This document shows positions 19,208 to 31,543 of a stretch of 64,000 bases of DNA, piece after piece; the stretch's first letter is position 1; the number at the start of each line of letters is the position of its first letter. The stretch lies in contig CAWJMT010000005.1 of assembly GCA_963844035.1 (NCBI GenBank), positions 32,001 through 96,000 of the forward strand. The letters are read 5' to 3'. The notes below the pieces were generated by a model. That model was given only the letters and a program-made list of their open reading frames with translations, was not told the origin of the DNA and searched no databases. The translations under genes and the position numbers were made by a program. Source of the DNA: an uncultured Gemmatimonadales bacterium. GTDB lineage: Bacteria; Gemmatimonadota; Gemmatimonadetes; Gemmatimonadales; GWC2-71-9.

Positions 19208-22126
19208 CTACCGCCGCGCTTCGCCGGCCAGGCGGGTCAGGCCCGCGCGGGCTTCGGCGACATAGGGTTGGAGCGCCGAGTCGGCGCGCGCCCACGCGGC
19301 GGTGACATAGCCATAGCCCGCGCGCGCGGTGTCGCGGTTACCCAGCTGCTCGTGCACCCTGCCGCGCTCGAGCTCCCATAGCACACGCACCGGCGACGTC
19401 GCCGAGCGCTCGTCCCAGTCGGGAGTTCTCGCGAGCCGTTGCGCCGCCTCGCGGTAGTGGCCCTGAGCGGCCATGAGCTTGATCCGCACCAGGCCGTCGA
19501 GGCTGCATTTCCAGAAGCACGCCGAGTCGGGAAGGGCGTCGAGCAGGTGCATGGCGGTGACGCTGTCGCCTCGCGCCAGGGCCAGGTAGGCCCGCGAGGA
19601 CAGCGCAACGTACCCCAGGACGTCTCTCGCCACTGGGGATATGGGCACCGGCGGCCGCCGCAGCCCCGTCGCTGCCCAACGCTCGATACTCATGATCGCG
19701 GCCGTGTCGCGCCGTTCGGCCCACCACGGCAGGGACCACCACAGCCGCGTGTCCGCGATGTCCTGCCACCCAATCCAGCTGCGGAACACTGCCGCCACGG
19801 TGTCGGCCGGGATACTGCCGAGCAGGGCAGTCTGGGCAAACAGCATGTGATCCTCACGCCCGCCCAACCGATACGCTTCCTGCAAGTGCCCGCGATAGGC
19901 CAGCGCCAGGGACAGCCCCGTACCCCCGATGACGGTGTCCTTCCCCGTCGTGGCTTCGCGCAGCATGCGATCCCGGTGCCGCCGCGCGAACCACACACCC
20001 GTCTCGGCTGAGTCCGGCCAGGCGGCGACCGCGAAGAAGGCGAGGTGCTGGCCGTGCATTGGCATCGTGTCGATCAGGTGCACCGTCTCCTGGGACCGCG
20101 CGACCTGCGGATCGAGCAGCCGTAGGATCAGCTCCGTGCTGGTCGCGTAGTATCCCGTGGCGCCGGCGCGCAGGTAGCCGCGCGAATACCGGCGTGCCGC
20201 CTCGGGCCCGCGCAGGTCGAGCGCGAGCTTGATCGCGTGCACGTACGACGGCGTGAACGCCGAGTCGAGCGCGATCGAGCGATCGAACGCGTCCAAGCTG
20301 CTGCGCCGGTCCAAGCCGGCGTAGTCTCCCACGTGGTAGGTCGCGTCCCCCAGCATGTACCACAGCTCGGGATCGGTGGGGTAGCGTCGCACGGCGTCCG
20401 TCAGCGTCGCGAGCATGCGCCGGGCGTACGGGAAGGCCCGGCCCCCCAGCTGGTCGCCGCCGCCATACACGACGGCCCCGAGCGACTCGGACTGCACGAT
20501 CAGGCTCTCGCGCGGAGCGAGCCCGTGGTTCAGGGTGCCGGCGCGCAGTTTGTACGTGAGCGACAGGGTATCGCCGGCCGAGTGGGCCCAACCGGCCGCG
20601 AGCCCGGCATGGCTCCATGCCAGTGCGAAACCGGAGTCCAGCGCGATCGCGTGCTGGTCGTACACGATCGCCGAGTCCCACTGCGAGCGCCGCAGGAACT
20701 GCTCGCCCTGGAGGAATGCTTTCAGGGCCGGCAGCGAGCTCGAGCCCAGGGGGGTGCCGCGCACCAGCCCGATCGGGCGAGAGCGCCCGACCTCACGCAG
20801 CACGCGCACCGCGAGGGAGTCGGCCACGCGGTCCATACGCGCCGAGCGGTCCCGCACCTCGATCTCGCCCAGGGTGGTACCGCTCGCCACGTCGAACACC
20901 GTCGCGCTCAAGCGTACGGAATCCGCGCCAGCTCCCACGAGCCCTCCGAATACGACCGTGCGCGCTCCCGTCTCTTTCCCGAGCTTCCGTGCGGATACGG
21001 CGTCGGCGCGCCCACTCCAGCGGCGCACCACGACCGTGGGGGAGACGGTGCGGAGGGGACCGGCGCCGTCGAGGCTTCGGGACAAGACATCCACCAATCC
21101 CTCGCGCCACAATGCGAGGCTGGGATCGAGCACGTCGAACGGTGCGACCGCGATGCGGTCGGCGTCGAGCGGCATCGCCGGCCGTGATTGGATCGCCAGC
21201 CACGCCGCGCCGGCGACGACGACCATCCCCAACCCGGCGAACACCGCACCACGCGGCCGGCGTCGCGGGATTTTCAACTCTACCGTGCCGGTCGCGCTCT
21301 CGAGCTCGTCGCGCACCTGGCCGGCGGTCTGCGGGCGCCGGGCGGGGTCCTTATTGAGGCAGCGCATGATCAGATCGGCGAGCGCCGCCGGGATGTCGGG
21401 CCGGTGCTCGGCGACCGGGGTGATGCGCTCCACCACGTGCGCCGCCAGCATCTGGTGGGGTGCGAGATCGACGAATGGCGGCCGGCCGGCGAGCATCTCG
21501 TATCCCATGGCGCCGAGGGCGTAGATGTCGGCGCGGGAGTCCACGTTGGGATCGCCCGCTGCCTGCTCCGGCGCCATGTACGCCGGCGTGCCGAGCACCA
21601 CCCCGAGCGACGTGAGGGCGGCGTCGCCGCCGGACCGGCTCAACGCCTTCGCGACGCCGAAGTCCGTCACCAGCGCGTGGTGGTCCGAGATGAGCACGTT
21701 GTCGGGCTTGATGTCGCGATGCACGACGCCGCGCGCGTGCGCATACGCCAGCGCGCCCGCCACCTCGCGCAGCGCGCGCACGGCGTCGCGCACGGGCAGT
21801 TTGCGCTCGCGCGCGAGGCGCGTCCGCAACGACTCGCCCTCGACGAACGGCATGGTGTAGTAGAAGACCTCGCCCGAACCGCCCGCGGCGAGGAGCGGGA
21901 CGATGTGCGGGTGCTGCAGCGATGCTGCGAGCTGAATCTCCCGATGGAAGCGCTCGGCGTTGATGCCGGCAGCGAGCTCCGGAGGAAGCACCTTCACGAC
22001 GACCTTGCGGCCGAGACCCGTCTCCTCGGCCAGGAACACGCGGCTCATCCCGCCGCCACCGAGCTCCTGCTCGAGGCGGTATCCCGCTCCCAGAGCGGTC
22101 TGCACGCGGTCCCGTAGGTCAGCCAT
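19208..22126 (-). CDS. Hanks-type Ser/Thr protein kinase with TM, TolB-N-like and TPR-like regions
   Basis: LGGGGMSRV, VVVKV, HRDIKPDN, DFG, GTPAYMAPE; IAVAPF domain and helical repeats. Confidence 0.92.
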   Translation of the reverse strand: MADLRDRVQTALGAGYRLEQELGGGGMSRVFLAEETGLGRKVVVKVLPPELAAGINAERFHREIQLAASLQHPHIVPLLAAGGSGEVFYYTMPFVEGESLRTRLARERKLPVRDAVRALREVAGALAYAHARGVVHRDIKPDNVLISDHHALVTDFGVAKALSRSGGDAALTSLGVVLGTPAYMAPEQAAGDPNVDSRADIYALGAMGYEMLAGRPPFVDLAPHQMLAAHVVERITPVAEHRPDIPAALADLIMRCLNKDPARRPQTAGQVRDELESATGTVELKIPRRRPRGAVFAGLGMVVVAGAAWLAIQSRPAMPLDADRIAVAPFDVLDPSLALWREGLVDVLSRSLDGAGPLRTVSPTVVVRRWSGRADAVSARKLGKETGARTVVFGGLVGAGADSVRLSATVFDVASGTTLGEIEVRDRSARMDRVADSLAVRVLREVGRSRPIGLVRGTPLGSSSLPALKAFLQGEQFLRRSQWDSAIVYDQHAIALDSGFALAWSHAGLAAGWAHSAGDTLSLTYKLRAGTLNHGLAPRESLIVQSESLGAVVYGGGDQLGGRAFPYARRMLATLTDAVRRYPTDPELWYMLGDATYHVGDYAGLDRRSSLDAFDRSIALDSAFTPSYVHAIKLALDLRGPEAARRYSRGYLRAGATGYYATSTELILRLLDPQVARSQETVHLIDTMPMHGQHLAFFAVAAWPDSAETGVWFARRHRDRMLREATTGKDTVIGGTGLSLALAYRGHLQEAYRLGGREDHMLFAQTALLGSIPADTVAAVFRSWIGWQDIADTRLWWSLPWWAERRDTAAIMSIERWAATGLRRPPVPISPVARDVLGYVALSSRAYLALARGDSVTAMHLLDALPDSACFWKCSLDGLVRIKLMAAQGHYREAAQRLARTPDWDERSATSPVRVLWELERGRVHEQLGNRDTARAGYGYVTAAWARADSALQPYVAEARAGLTRLAGEARR

Positions 22127-22253
22127 GACGCGGAAGATACCCCATGCCTACGGAGCCGTGCCGGTGTGGGTTCCGACGGTGCTAGATTAGGCGCCGATGC
22201 CCGCTACCGGGGAGATGCACCATGCCGCCAGCTCGTCGCGTTACACCCTATCC

Positions 22254-22881
22254 AATGGTCCTGCTCACCGGCGCCCTGCTCACCATCGTGGCGGCCATGG
22301 TCCATCCCCATCTGGGCGGCGACGGTGCGCATGAGCTCGCTACCATCGCCCGCTCGACTGCGTGGCCGGCGATCCACTGGGCGTTCCTGTTCGGTTTCGC
22401 GCTCAGTCTGACGGGGCTGGTCGGTGTGGTGGGCCGCTGCGCGGGTACGCCCGGCGAGGCGACAGGGCGGGGCGGGCTCATGGTGGGGGTGTTCGCCTAC
22501 AGCGCCTGGATGGTGGTCGTGACCTTCATGCTGGGGTCCGGCTGGACGCTGGCTCGCAGCTACGCGGCCGCGGACGGGGGGACGGCCGCAACCCAGGCGG
22601 TGTTCGTGTACGAGATGCTGCGCCCGTTCGCACTGGCGGCGCAACGGACAGCCGGGTTCGCACTGGGTATCTCGACCGCCCTACTGGGGTGGGGAGTGCT
22701 CCAGGCACGCCTGGAGCCGCGCTGGCTCGGCTGGTTCGGCGTGGGGAGCGGACTCATCGCCATCGGCCTGGCGGTGCTGTTCGGGGAAGCGACGAAGGCC
22801 GACCAAGCGGCCTTCGTGCTCCCCGTCCTCTGGCAGTTTGTGACCGCCCTCCTGCTGCTCGCCGAACGGCGCGCCGGCTAG
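22254..22881 (+). CDS. hypothetical integral membrane protein
   Basis: About six hydrophobic segments; HP motif after the first TM; start uncertain. Confidence 0.6.
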
Positions 22882-24449
22882 CGCGCGCGGAGCCGCACTA
22901 CGCGGCCGGTCCACCCGTTCGAGCTCGAAGGATCCTGGCTGAGAATCTGGAGCGTGACGATGTCTCCGCTCTTGATCTTCGCCAGGGCGTCGTGGAACTC
23001 GGCGCGATTGCGGGTCGGCGTGGAGTTCACCTTGACGATGACGTCGGGACCGCCCTGGTCTTCGACCGTCGCAAGGCGTTGGAACGCCGGGCCGTCCGGC
23101 GAGACGTCCGTGACCGCCACCCCACCTCCCTGGTCCATCACCGCGCGGAAGCGCGGATCGCGGGCGTCCTCAGCCGTAATCGTTTGCACGGCGATCCCGA
23201 CCGATTCCTCCATTGAGGTGCCTTCCGATGCGCCCGACTTGGTGGAGACCGTCGTCACTTCCTCCCCGATCGGTGCGCGGGCCAGCTTGACCGTGTAGGT
23301 CTTGCGGACGCCGCCCTGGCGCAGCACGGTCACCTCGACCGGTTCGCCGGGCTTCTTGAAGCCCACACGCTGCTGCAGCTGCGGGAGTGTTGCTGACGGG
23401 CACGCCGTCGAGCGCCACGATCACGTCTCCGGGCAGGAGGCCCGCGCGCTTCGCCGGTGAATCGTCCCCCGTGTAGCCGTTGACCACGACGCCGGTGATG
23501 TCCTTCAGCCCAACCGCTTCCGCGTCTTCCGGCTGCGCGTCGCGAATCGCGATGCCGATCACCGCGCGCTCCACGTGACCCGTCTTGATCAGCTGGTCCA
23601 TCACGGTGTGCGCGAGATTGATCGGGATCGCGAAGCCGTATCCGGCGGACACGCCGGTCTCGCTCGCGATCGCCGAATTGATGCCGATCACGTCGCCCCG
23701 GATGTTGACCAGGGGACCACCCGAGTTTCCGGGATTGATCGCCGCGTCGGTCTGGATGAAGTCCTGAATGGCGTACTTGGACTGCTGCAAGCCCGCCAGC
23801 AGCCGGCCCTTGGCGCTCACGATCCCGGCGGTCACGGTGAAGGCGAACTGCTCACCCATCGGGTTGCCGATGGCCAGGACCCACTCGCCCACGCGGGTCG
23901 AGTCGGAATTACCCATGTGTGCCGCGGGCAGGCCCGTGGCTTCGATCTTGATCACGGCGACATCCGTCGCGGGATCGGCGCCGACGACCTTGGCTTTGAA
24001 CTCCCGTTTGTCGTACAGGCGCACGATGACCTTCTCGGCCCCGGCGACCACATGGTTGTTCGTCAGGATCAACCCGTCCGGGGAAATGATGAACCCCGAG
24101 CCGCTACCCTGCTCGATCTGCGGGCGACGCTTGAGCTGCGGGAGGAAATCCTCGAAGCCCGGCGGCAGTCGCTGTCCTTCAGAGCGCCCACGATGCTCCG
24201 AGCGGATGAATACCACGGTGGGCCGCACCCGGTCGGTCGCGCCCACGAACGCGTTGCTCAGGTCCAGCACCGGTTTGGAGACCGACACGGGGGTCTGCGG
24301 GGCGGCCGTGTACCCCTGCAGGGTCGGACTGGTTCGGTGGCGCCCCCTCGCTTCGGCAGATTGAGCGCCGAGGCGAACAGCAGCCCGAATACGAAGGTGA
24401 TGCCGACCAGAGTCCCGAACTTGAGCCAGTCCCGCGTGCGTGCCGACAT
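22878..24449 (-). CDS. DegP/Do-family serine protease with two PDZ domains (indels)
   Basis: GSGSGFII, TNNHV, DVAVIK, IQTDAAINPGNSGGPL; PDZ segments. Confidence 0.92.
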
Positions 24450-24487
24450 GCGCGTCTCGCTTCTCGTTGAAGGGATCCAACCCATGA

Positions 24488-26425
24488 CTACGACTTTTTC
24501 TTGTCGTCGTCCACGATCTCGTAATCTGCCTCGACGACGTTCTCCTGCCCATGGCCTTCCGCGGCGCCTGGTTGCTGCTCGCCGGGCGCCCCAGCACCGG
24601 GACCGCCTTCCGCGCCCGCCCCGCGATTGGCCGCATAGAGTGATGCACCCGCCGCGGAATAGGCCTGCTGGAGCGCATCAAGGGCTTTGGAGATCTCGTC
24701 GGGATTGCCGGAGCGAAGAGCCTGTTTCGCTCCTTCCAGCGCGCTGTCGAGCTTGGACTTGAGGTCCGCGTCGAGCTTCTCGGCCCACTCCTTGGAATTC
24801 TTCTCCACGTCATACACCGTGGTATCCAGACGGTTGCGGCGCTCGATTTCCTCGCGCCGGCGCTTGTCCTCCGTGGCGTGCGCTTCGGCATCCTTGACCA
24901 TCTTCTCGATGTCTTTGTCGCCGAGACCCGAGGAGGCTTCGATCCGGATCTTCTGCTCCTTGCCGCTCGCCTTGTCCTTGGCCGAAACGTGGAGGATGCC
25001 GTTGGCGTCGATATCGAACGTGACCTCGACCTGCGGCACGCCGCGGGGGGCCGGCGGAATCCCCGTCAGCTGAAACTTGCCGATCGTGCGGTTGTCTGAG
25101 GCCATTTGCCGCTCGCCCTGCAGCACGTGGATCTCGACGGTGGTCTGACTGTCCTCCGCCGTCGAAAAGATCTCCGACTTCTTGGTCGGAATCGTCGTAT
25201 TGCGGGCGATCAGTACGGTCGTGACGCCGCCCAGGGTCTCGATGCCGAGCGACAGCGGCGTGACGTCGAGAAGCAGGACGTCCTTGACCTCGCCCGCGAG
25301 CACGCCACCCTGAATCGCCGCGCCGATCGCGACGACCTCGTCCGGATTCACGCCCTTGTGCGGCTCCTTGCCGAAGAACTTCTGCACGATCTCCTGCACC
25401 TTGGGCATCCGCGTCTGGCCGCCGACCAGGATCACTTCGTCGATCTCCGACGGCTTGAGCCCGGCGTCCTTCAGGGCCTGCTGCATCGGCGGTAACGTCC
25501 GCTGGACAAGGTCGTCCACCAGTTGCTCGAGCTTGGCGCGGCTGAGGGTGATGTTCAGGTGCTTCGGGCCGGCCTGGTCCGCCGTGATGAACGGCAGGTT
25601 GATCTCCGTCTGCATGACGGTGGACAGCTCCATCTTGGCCTTCTCGGCGGCTTCCTTGAGGCGCTGCACCGCCATCGCGTCCTTGGCGAGATCGATCCCC
25701 TGGTCCCGCTTGAACTCTCCGACCAGCCAGTCCATGATGCGCGCATCGAAGTCGTCGCCGCCAAGGTGCGTATCCCCGTTGGTGGACTTCACCTCGAACA
25801 CACCTTCGGCCAGCTCCAGCACGGAGATGTCGTAGGTGCCGCCACCCAGGTCGTACACCGCGACCTTCTCTTCCTTCTTCTTATCGAGGCCGTACGCGAG
25901 CGCCGAAGCCGTCGGCTCGTTGATGATCCGGACGACGTCGAGGCCGGCGATCTTCCCTGCGTCCTTGGTGGCCTGCCGCTGGGAGTCGTTGAAGTAGGCG
26001 GGTACGGTGATGACGGCCTTCTCGACCTTGTGGCCGAGATAGTCCTCCGCGGTCTGACGCATCTTTTGCAGGATCATCGCCGAGATCTCGGGCGGGGTGT
26101 AGCGCTTCCCCTGGATCTCGACCGAGGCGAGGCCGTTCGGGCCTTCCGCCACCTTGTAGGGGACGCGTTTCTGCTCTTCAACGACCTCGTTGGTGCGCCG
26201 CCCCATGAAGCGCTTGATCGAAAAGACGGTGTTCTGCGGGTTCGTGACGGCCTGGCGCTTGGCGACCTGCCCGACCAGCCGCTCCCCATCCTTTGTAAAG
26301 CCTACGACCGACGGGGTGACCCTCCCACCCTCGGCATTCGGTATGACGACCGGATCGCCACCTTCCATGACGGCGACAACCGAGTTCGTGGTGCCGAGGT
26401 CGATGCCGATGATCTTTTCAGCCAT
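24488..26425 (-). CDS. dnaK: molecular chaperone DnaK
   Basis: [47 protein letters not shown]. Confidence 0.98.
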   Translation of the reverse strand: MAEKIIGIDLGTTNSVVAVMEGGDPVVIPNAEGGRVTPSVVGFTKDGERLVGQVAKRQAVTNPQNTVFSIKRFMGRRTNEVVEEQKRVPYKVAEGPNGLASVEIQGKRYTPPEISAMILQKMRQTAEDYLGHKVEKAVITVPAYFNDSQRQATKDAGKIAGLDVVRIINEPTASALAYGLDKKKEEKVAVYDLGGGTYDISVLELAEGVFEVKSTNGDTHLGGDDFDARIMDWLVGEFKRDQGIDLAKDAMAVQRLKEAAEKAKMELSTVMQTEINLPFITADQAGPKHLNITLSRAKLEQLVDDLVQRTLPPMQQALKDAGLKPSEIDEVILVGGQTRMPKVQEIVQKFFGKEPHKGVNPDEVVAIGAAIQGGVLAGEVKDVLLLDVTPLSLGIETLGGVTTVLIARNTTIPTKKSEIFSTAEDSQTTVEIHVLQGERQMASDNRTIGKFQLTGIPPAPRGVPQVEVTFDIDANGILHVSAKDKASGKEQKIRIEASSGLGDKDIEKMVKDAEAHATEDKRRREEIERRNRLDTTVYDVEKNSKEWAEKLDADLKSKLDSALEGAKQALRSGNPDEISKALDALQQAYSAAGASLYAANRGAGAEGGPGAGAPGEQQPGAAEGHGQENVVEADYEIVDDDKKKS

Positions 26426-26484
26426 CCGGGTCGCTCCTGGAATCGCGTGAGAATGATGCTGCCACTGGCCCGATGGTCGCAGAA

Positions 26485-26520
26485 GCAAGCGGTGTGCCTG
26501 GGAATTGTGTCAATATGGCA
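26485..26520 (-). promoter_or_regulatory. sigma54-type promoter plus palindromic operator upstream of dnaK
   Basis: Minus strand AGGCAC-ACCGC-TTGC (26499-26485) and TGCCA-TAT-TGACA (26520-26508). Confidence 0.6.
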
Positions 26521-26579
26521 GGGCATACGCGCCTACGGTAAGGAGCAGCCCAGGTCCTCCGAAGATAGATTTTTCGCCT

Positions 26580-27299
26580 GTGATTCCCTACAAAGACGAG
26601 AATCCCACGGTACTCACGCCGATCGTGACGGTCGGCTTGATCGCGGCGAATGTGCTTGCCTGGCTGTTCGTGCAGGGAGCGGGTTCCGCCCCGGCCCTGG
26701 CGGCGTCCGTCTGCCAGCTCGGGATGATCCCGGCGGAGCTGCTCCGCACTGCACCGCCCGGCACCACCGTCCCACTCGGTCGCGGGGTCGCCTGCGTGCT
26801 CGAAACCCCGCACTACGCCACCGTGCTGACATCCATGTTCATGCACGGGGGCTGGTTTCATGTCATCGGCAACATGTGGTTCCTGTGGGTGTTCGGGAAC
26901 AACATCGAGGATTCGATGGGTCACGCGCGGTTCGGGGTGTTTTACCTGCTCTGCGGCGTCGTGGCGGCCGGCACCCAGCTGTTTGCGGATCCACAGTCGC
27001 GTGTACCGATGGTCGGCGCGTCAGGCGCCGTGAGCGGCGTCCTGGGTGCGTATATCCTTCTATATCCCCGTGTGCGCGTGCACACGCTGCTCACGCTTGG
27101 CTTCTTCGTCACGACGGTCGCGCTGCCCGCCTACGTGATGCTCGGCTACTGGTTCGTCCTGCAACTCCTGATGGGGGCCGTGTCCCGCACAGCCGGGGGA
27201 GTTGCCGTTTGGGCGCACGTGGGGGGATTTGTCGCGGGCCTGGTGCTCATCAAGCTGTTCGCGAATCCGCAGTTCGCCGAGCGACACCGAGGCGGCTAG
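26580..27299 (+). CDS. rhomboid intramembrane serine protease
   Basis: [36 protein letters not shown]. Confidence 0.92.
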   Translation: MIPYKDENPTVLTPIVTVGLIAANVLAWLFVQGAGSAPALAASVCQLGMIPAELLRTAPPGTTVPLGRGVACVLETPHYATVLTSMFMHGGWFHVIGNMWFLWVFGNNIEDSMGHARFGVFYLLCGVVAAGTQLFADPQSRVPMVGASGAVSGVLGAYILLYPRVRVHTLLTLGFFVTTVALPAYVMLGYWFVLQLLMGAVSRTAGGVAVWAHVGGFVAGLVLIKLFANPQFAERHRGG

Positions 27300-27979
27300 T
27301 GGGCGGTGTCTTCCGCGTGGTGCTTGATCGTCTTTCCCTCGACCAGGAACACCACGTCTTCCGCGATGTTGGTCGCAAGGTCGGCCACGCGCTCGAGGTT
27401 CCGGCTGACGAGAAACAGCTCCATGGCCGCACCGATGATGTGCGGGTCTTCCATCATATGGGTCAGCAGGATCCGGAACACGGAGTGATGGAGGGCGTCC
27501 ACGAAGTCGTCGCGCCGGCAGATTTCCCGTCCCAGCGCCGAGTCGCCCCGCACAAAGGCATCGAGGGCACCGGACAGCATGCTGCGCGCCTGGCGCGCCA
27601 TCTCGAACAGCTCGGGCTCGGGGGCGATGAGGCGCGCGCCCAGCAGCCGCTCGGCGGATTGTGCGATGTTCACGGCGTGATCGCCCACGCGCTCCAGGTC
27701 GGTGGCGATCTTCATGGCGGCCATGAGCAGGCGGAGATCGCGGGCCATCGGCTGCTGGGTCGCGAACAGGTCGAGGACGGTCTCCTCGATCTCGAGCTCC
27801 AGGGCGTCGATCGCGCGATCCCCCGCGATCACCTGGGCGGCAAGGTCGCCGTCGCGCTTGAGGAGCGCGTCCAGCGCGAGACCCAGAGCGTCCTGAGCCT
27901 CCGCGGACATCGTCAGCAGCTTGTCTTTGAGCTTCGAGAGCTCGTCGTGGAAGTGCCTGTGGGTCGCAGTCGCGCTCAT
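27296..27979 (-). CDS. phoU: phosphate signalling protein PhoU
   Basis: [36 protein letters not shown]. Confidence 0.95.
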   Translation of the reverse strand: MSATATHRHFHDELSKLKDKLLTMSAEAQDALGLALDALLKRDGDLAAQVIAGDRAIDALELEIEETVLDLFATQQPMARDLRLLMAAMKIATDLERVGDHAVNIAQSAERLLGARLIAPEPELFEMARQARSMLSGALDAFVRGDSALGREICRRDDFVDALHHSVFRILLTHMMEDPHIIGAAMELFLVSRNLERVADLATNIAEDVVFLVEGKTIKHHAEDTAH

Positions 27980-28805
27980 CCGAACCGTCCTGTGATGTAG
28001 GCCTCTGTGCGCTCGTCCGGGGCCGCGTGAAAATCTGTTTGGTGTCCCCGAACTCGATCAGCTTGCCGAGATAGAAGAACCCCGTGAAGTCCGAGACGCG
28101 GGACGCCTGCTGCATGTTGTGGGTCACCACCACGATCGAGTAGGTCTGCTTCAGCTCGACCATGAGCTCCTCGATGTGCTGGGTGGCCGCCGGGTCGAGC
28201 GCCGAGCAGGGCTCGTCCATGAGCAGCACGTCGGGCTCGTTCGCGAGCGCGCGGGCGATGCAGAGGCGCTGTTGCTGGCCGCCGGAGAGGCTCGTGCCGG
28301 AGGAATGGAGGCGGTCCTTCACCTCGTCCCACAGGGCCGCCTTGCGCAGCGCGCGCTCGACGCGCCCGGGCATGTCGCGCTCCGGCGCGAGGCCGTTCAG
28401 GCGCGGGCCGTACGCGACGTTCTCGAAGATCGTCTTCGGGAACGGGTTGGGCTGCTGGAACACCATGCCCACCCGGCGGCGCAGGTCCACCGCGTCGGTG
28501 CCCGCCGAAAAGACCGACACCCCTTCGAGCAGAATGTCCCCCGTGTGACGGGTCTTCGGGATCAGCTCGTTCAGGCGATTGATCGAGCGCAGGAACGTGC
28601 TCTTGCCGCACCCCGAGGGGCCGATGAGGGCGGTGACGGCAGCCCGCGGAATGGTCAACGTCAGGTCGAACAGGGCCTGCGTCTTGCCATACCAGAAGGC
28701 GTAGCTGCGCACGTCGATGACGGGCGTCGCCACCGGGGCGGGTCGCGGCGCGCTGCGGGGCTGCGCCGGGGCTTCCTGGCGTAACGGTTCCAAAGCCACG
28801 GTCAT
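27976..28805 (-). CDS. pstB: phosphate ABC ATPase, copy 2 (indel near C-terminus)
   Basis: [50 protein letters not shown]. Confidence 0.95.
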
Positions 28806-29579
28806 CCGAATCTCCCAGTAATGTAGGCCTCGGTCTGCTCCTTCGCGGGCTTGGTGAACAACTCTTCCGTCCGCCCGATCTCGACCAGCTCCCCGAGGTA
28901 GAAGAACCTGGTGTAGTCCGACACGCGGGCTGCCTGTTGCATGTTGTGCGTGACGATCACGATCGTGTAGCGGGTCTTGAGCTCGTGGCACAGCTCTTCG
29001 ATGCGCTGCGTTCCCCCCGGGTCGAGCGACGCCGTCGGCTCGTCGAGCAGCAACACCTCCGGCGCCGGCGCCAGGGCTCGCGCGACGCACAGCCGCTGCT
29101 GCTGGCCGCCGGAGAGGGACAGGGCGCCGGCGCGGAGCCGGTCCTTGACCTCGTCCCACAGGGCGGCCTGGCGCAGCGCACGCTCGACGGCGTCGTCCAG
29201 GTCGCCGCGGCTGAGGCGGCCGTTCACCCGCAGCCCCGCCGCGACGTTGTCGTAGATGGACATGGTGGGGAACGGGGTGGGGCGCTGGAACACCATGCCG
29301 ATCCGCCGGCGGAGCTGCACGGCGATCGATGCCGGAGTCGTAGATGTCGTGGCCGTCGAGCAGCACCTTGCCCGTGACCCAGCCGCTCTCCGACAGCTCG
29401 TGCATGCGGTTCAGGCAACGCAGGAACGTGCTCTTGCCGCACCCGGAGGGGCCGATCACCGCGGTCACGGTGCGGGCGGGAAAGGACACCGACACGTCCT
29501 TCACGACCGCCCGGCGCCCGAACAGGGCCGTCAGGCGGACCGCCTCGAGCGGCGCGCGCGGGTTAGCGGGCGGCGTCAT
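28802..29579 (-). CDS. pstB: phosphate ABC ATPase, copy 1 (indel near 29325)
   Basis: [46 protein letters not shown]. Confidence 0.93.
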
Positions 29580-30413
29580 GGCGTTGCCGAATGGCCCAGC
29601 GGGCCGCGAGGGCGAGCAGCAGCACGAGCCCCATCAGCACCAGGGCGGCGGCCCAGGCCATCCGATGCCAGTCCTCGAACGGGCCCGTCGCGTAGGTGAT
29701 AGATCTGGAGCGAGAGGGTCTGCATCGGGTGGTAGATGCTGGTCGAGAAGTTCAGGTTGCCGAGCGCCGTGAAGAGCAGCGGCGCCGTTTCGCCCGCGAC
29801 GCGGGCGACGCCGACCAGGCAGCCGGTGACGATCCCCGCCAGGGCGGTCCGGGCCACGATACGAAGCGAGGTGCGCCAGCGCGGGTACCCGAGCGCGAGC
29901 GCCGCTTCCCGCAGCGAGTGCGGCACCAGTCGGACCATCTCTTCGGTGGTGCGCGCGATCATGGGGACCATGAGTACCGCCAGCGCGACGCTGCCGGCGA
30001 GCGCGGAAAAATGGCCCATCGGCTTGACGAGCCAGGTCCACGCGAAGATCCCGACCACGATCGACGGCGTGCCGTTCAGCACGTCGGCGACGAAGCGGAC
30101 GATCCAGCCCAGGCGGCCGGAGCCGTACTCCGCCAGGTAGAGCCCCGTTCCGATCCCCACGGGGAGGCCGAGCAGCGCGGCGAGCCCCACGATGATGCCC
30201 GGTCCCGACGATCGCGTTGGCGACTCCGCCGCCGCTCTCCCCCGCCGGGACGGGGTTCTTGGTGAAGAAGTTCCAGTCGAGCGACGACGCGCCCTTGGCG
30301 ATGAGGTGGCCGACGATGAGCACCAGGGCGAGGACGGCGGTGAACGACAGCGCGGCGACCAGCCCGGTCATGAGGCCGCTCACCAGCCGGCGGCGCAGGC
30401 GGCGCGCGCTCAC
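29576..30413 (-). CDS. pstA: phosphate ABC permease PstA (indels)
   Basis: [43 protein letters not shown]. Confidence 0.93.
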
Positions 30414-31414
30414 AGGGCGCGGCTCCCGACTGCCGTGCCGCGGGCCACGCGCCAGATCAGGAGGCGTGCCACCGCGTTCACGAGGACCGTGATGACGAAC
30501 AGCAGGAGGCCGACTTCGAACAGCGCCGAGAGATACAGACTCGTAGTCGCCTCGCTGAACTCGTTCGCGATTGCGGCGGCCATGGTGTAGGCCGGCTGCA
30601 GCACCGAGACGCTGATGTCGTGGCGGTTACCGATCAGCATGGTGACCGCCATCGTTTCACCGAGGGCACGGCCGAGGCCGAGAATGACGGCGCCCATGAG
30701 GCCGGCGCGGCCGTAGGGCACGACGGCGGTCCACACGGCTTCCCAGCGGGTCGCCCCCATGCCGAGCGCGGCCTCGCGCTGGGTGGCGGGGACGGCCAGG
30801 AGCACCTCGCGCGACACGGCGGCGATGTAGGGGACGATCATGATGGCGAGGATGACGGAGCCGGCGAGCAGCGAGTTGCCGTAGAACACCCCGCTGAAGA
30901 ACGGCGTCCACCCGAGCACGGCGCGCAGCGGCGGGACCACGTATCCGCGCAGGAAGGGAATCAGCACGAAGATGCCCCACAGCCCGTACACCACGCTCGG
31001 GATCGCCGCGAGCAGCTCGACGAGAAATCCGACCGGTTGCCGCAACCACTTGGGGGCGAACTCCGTCAGGTAGATCGCGACCCCGAGCGCCAACGGCACC
31101 GCGATCACGAGGGCGAGCAGGGAGGAGGCCAAGGTCCCGAAAATCATCGGCGCGGCCCCGAACACCTCTGCGACGGGGTCCCAGACGGAGGTCCCCAGGA
31201 AGCGGAAGCCGAACCGGTGAATCGACGGCCACGCGCTCACCAGGAGCTGACCGACCAAGAGCAGCAGAAAAAGCGGCAGCGCGAGCGCGAGCACGGTGAC
31301 GACGGCCTTGTACGTCCGGTCACCAAGGTTGGCTCCGCGGAGCACCTGCATGCCCGGTTCCCGCGGGCCTTCATCTGCTTGGCGGGTCATCGGCTCGAGA
31401 GGGAGAGCGGTCAT
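30410..31414 (-). CDS. pstC: phosphate ABC permease PstC
   Basis: ELLAAIPSVVYGLWG, REAALGMGATRWE, GRALGETMAV, IANEF. Confidence 0.95.
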   Translation of the reverse strand: MTALPLEPMTRQADEGPREPGMQVLRGANLGDRTYKAVVTVLALALPLFLLLLVGQLLVSAWPSIHRFGFRFLGTSVWDPVAEVFGAAPMIFGTLASSLLALVIAVPLALGVAIYLTEFAPKWLRQPVGFLVELLAAIPSVVYGLWGIFVLIPFLRGYVVPPLRAVLGWTPFFSGVFYGNSLLAGSVILAIMIVPYIAAVSREVLLAVPATQREAALGMGATRWEAVWTAVVPYGRAGLMGAVILGLGRALGETMAVTMLIGNRHDISVSVLQPAYTMAAAIANEFSEATTSLYLSALFEVGLLLFVITVLVNAVARLLIWRVARGTAVGSRAL

Positions 31415-31440
31415 GGCGCGCGGAAACGTATCCGTCCTTT

Positions 31441-31456
31441 GTCACGACCTTGTAAC
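31441..31456 (-). promoter_or_regulatory. Pho-box-like direct repeat upstream of pstC
   Basis: Plus strand GTCAC-N6-GTAAC (11-bp period). Confidence 0.6.
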
Positions 31457-31474
31457 GGCCGGACACGATGAAAC

Positions 31475-31506
31475 ACCCCCGCAGGCGAATGACGCCGTGC
31501 GGGGGC
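31475..31506 (-). terminator. hairpin between pstS and pstC
   Basis: CCCCCGCAGGCG...CGCCGTGCGGGGG stem; short GTTT tail on the minus strand. Confidence 0.5.
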
Positions 31507-31543
31507 TGGCCGGATCGTCGGAAGGAGGGCCGAAGCTACCCGG

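Noticed and set aside
19208..22126. Ser/Thr kinase as part of a defence or novel signalling system
   Set aside because: This architecture is typically a common paralogous family in such genomes, and no partner genes are adjacent.
25523..28000. 825-aa plus-strand ORF opposite dnaK/phoU, and many similar long antisense ORFs
   Set aside because: Shadow ORFs from high GC and codon bias; the antisense-of-dnaK frame is a well-known spurious ORF.
27060..29579. Apparent fused double PstB (839 aa)
   Set aside because: Indel artefact; each pstB has its own YITGRFG end and an ATGA overlap.
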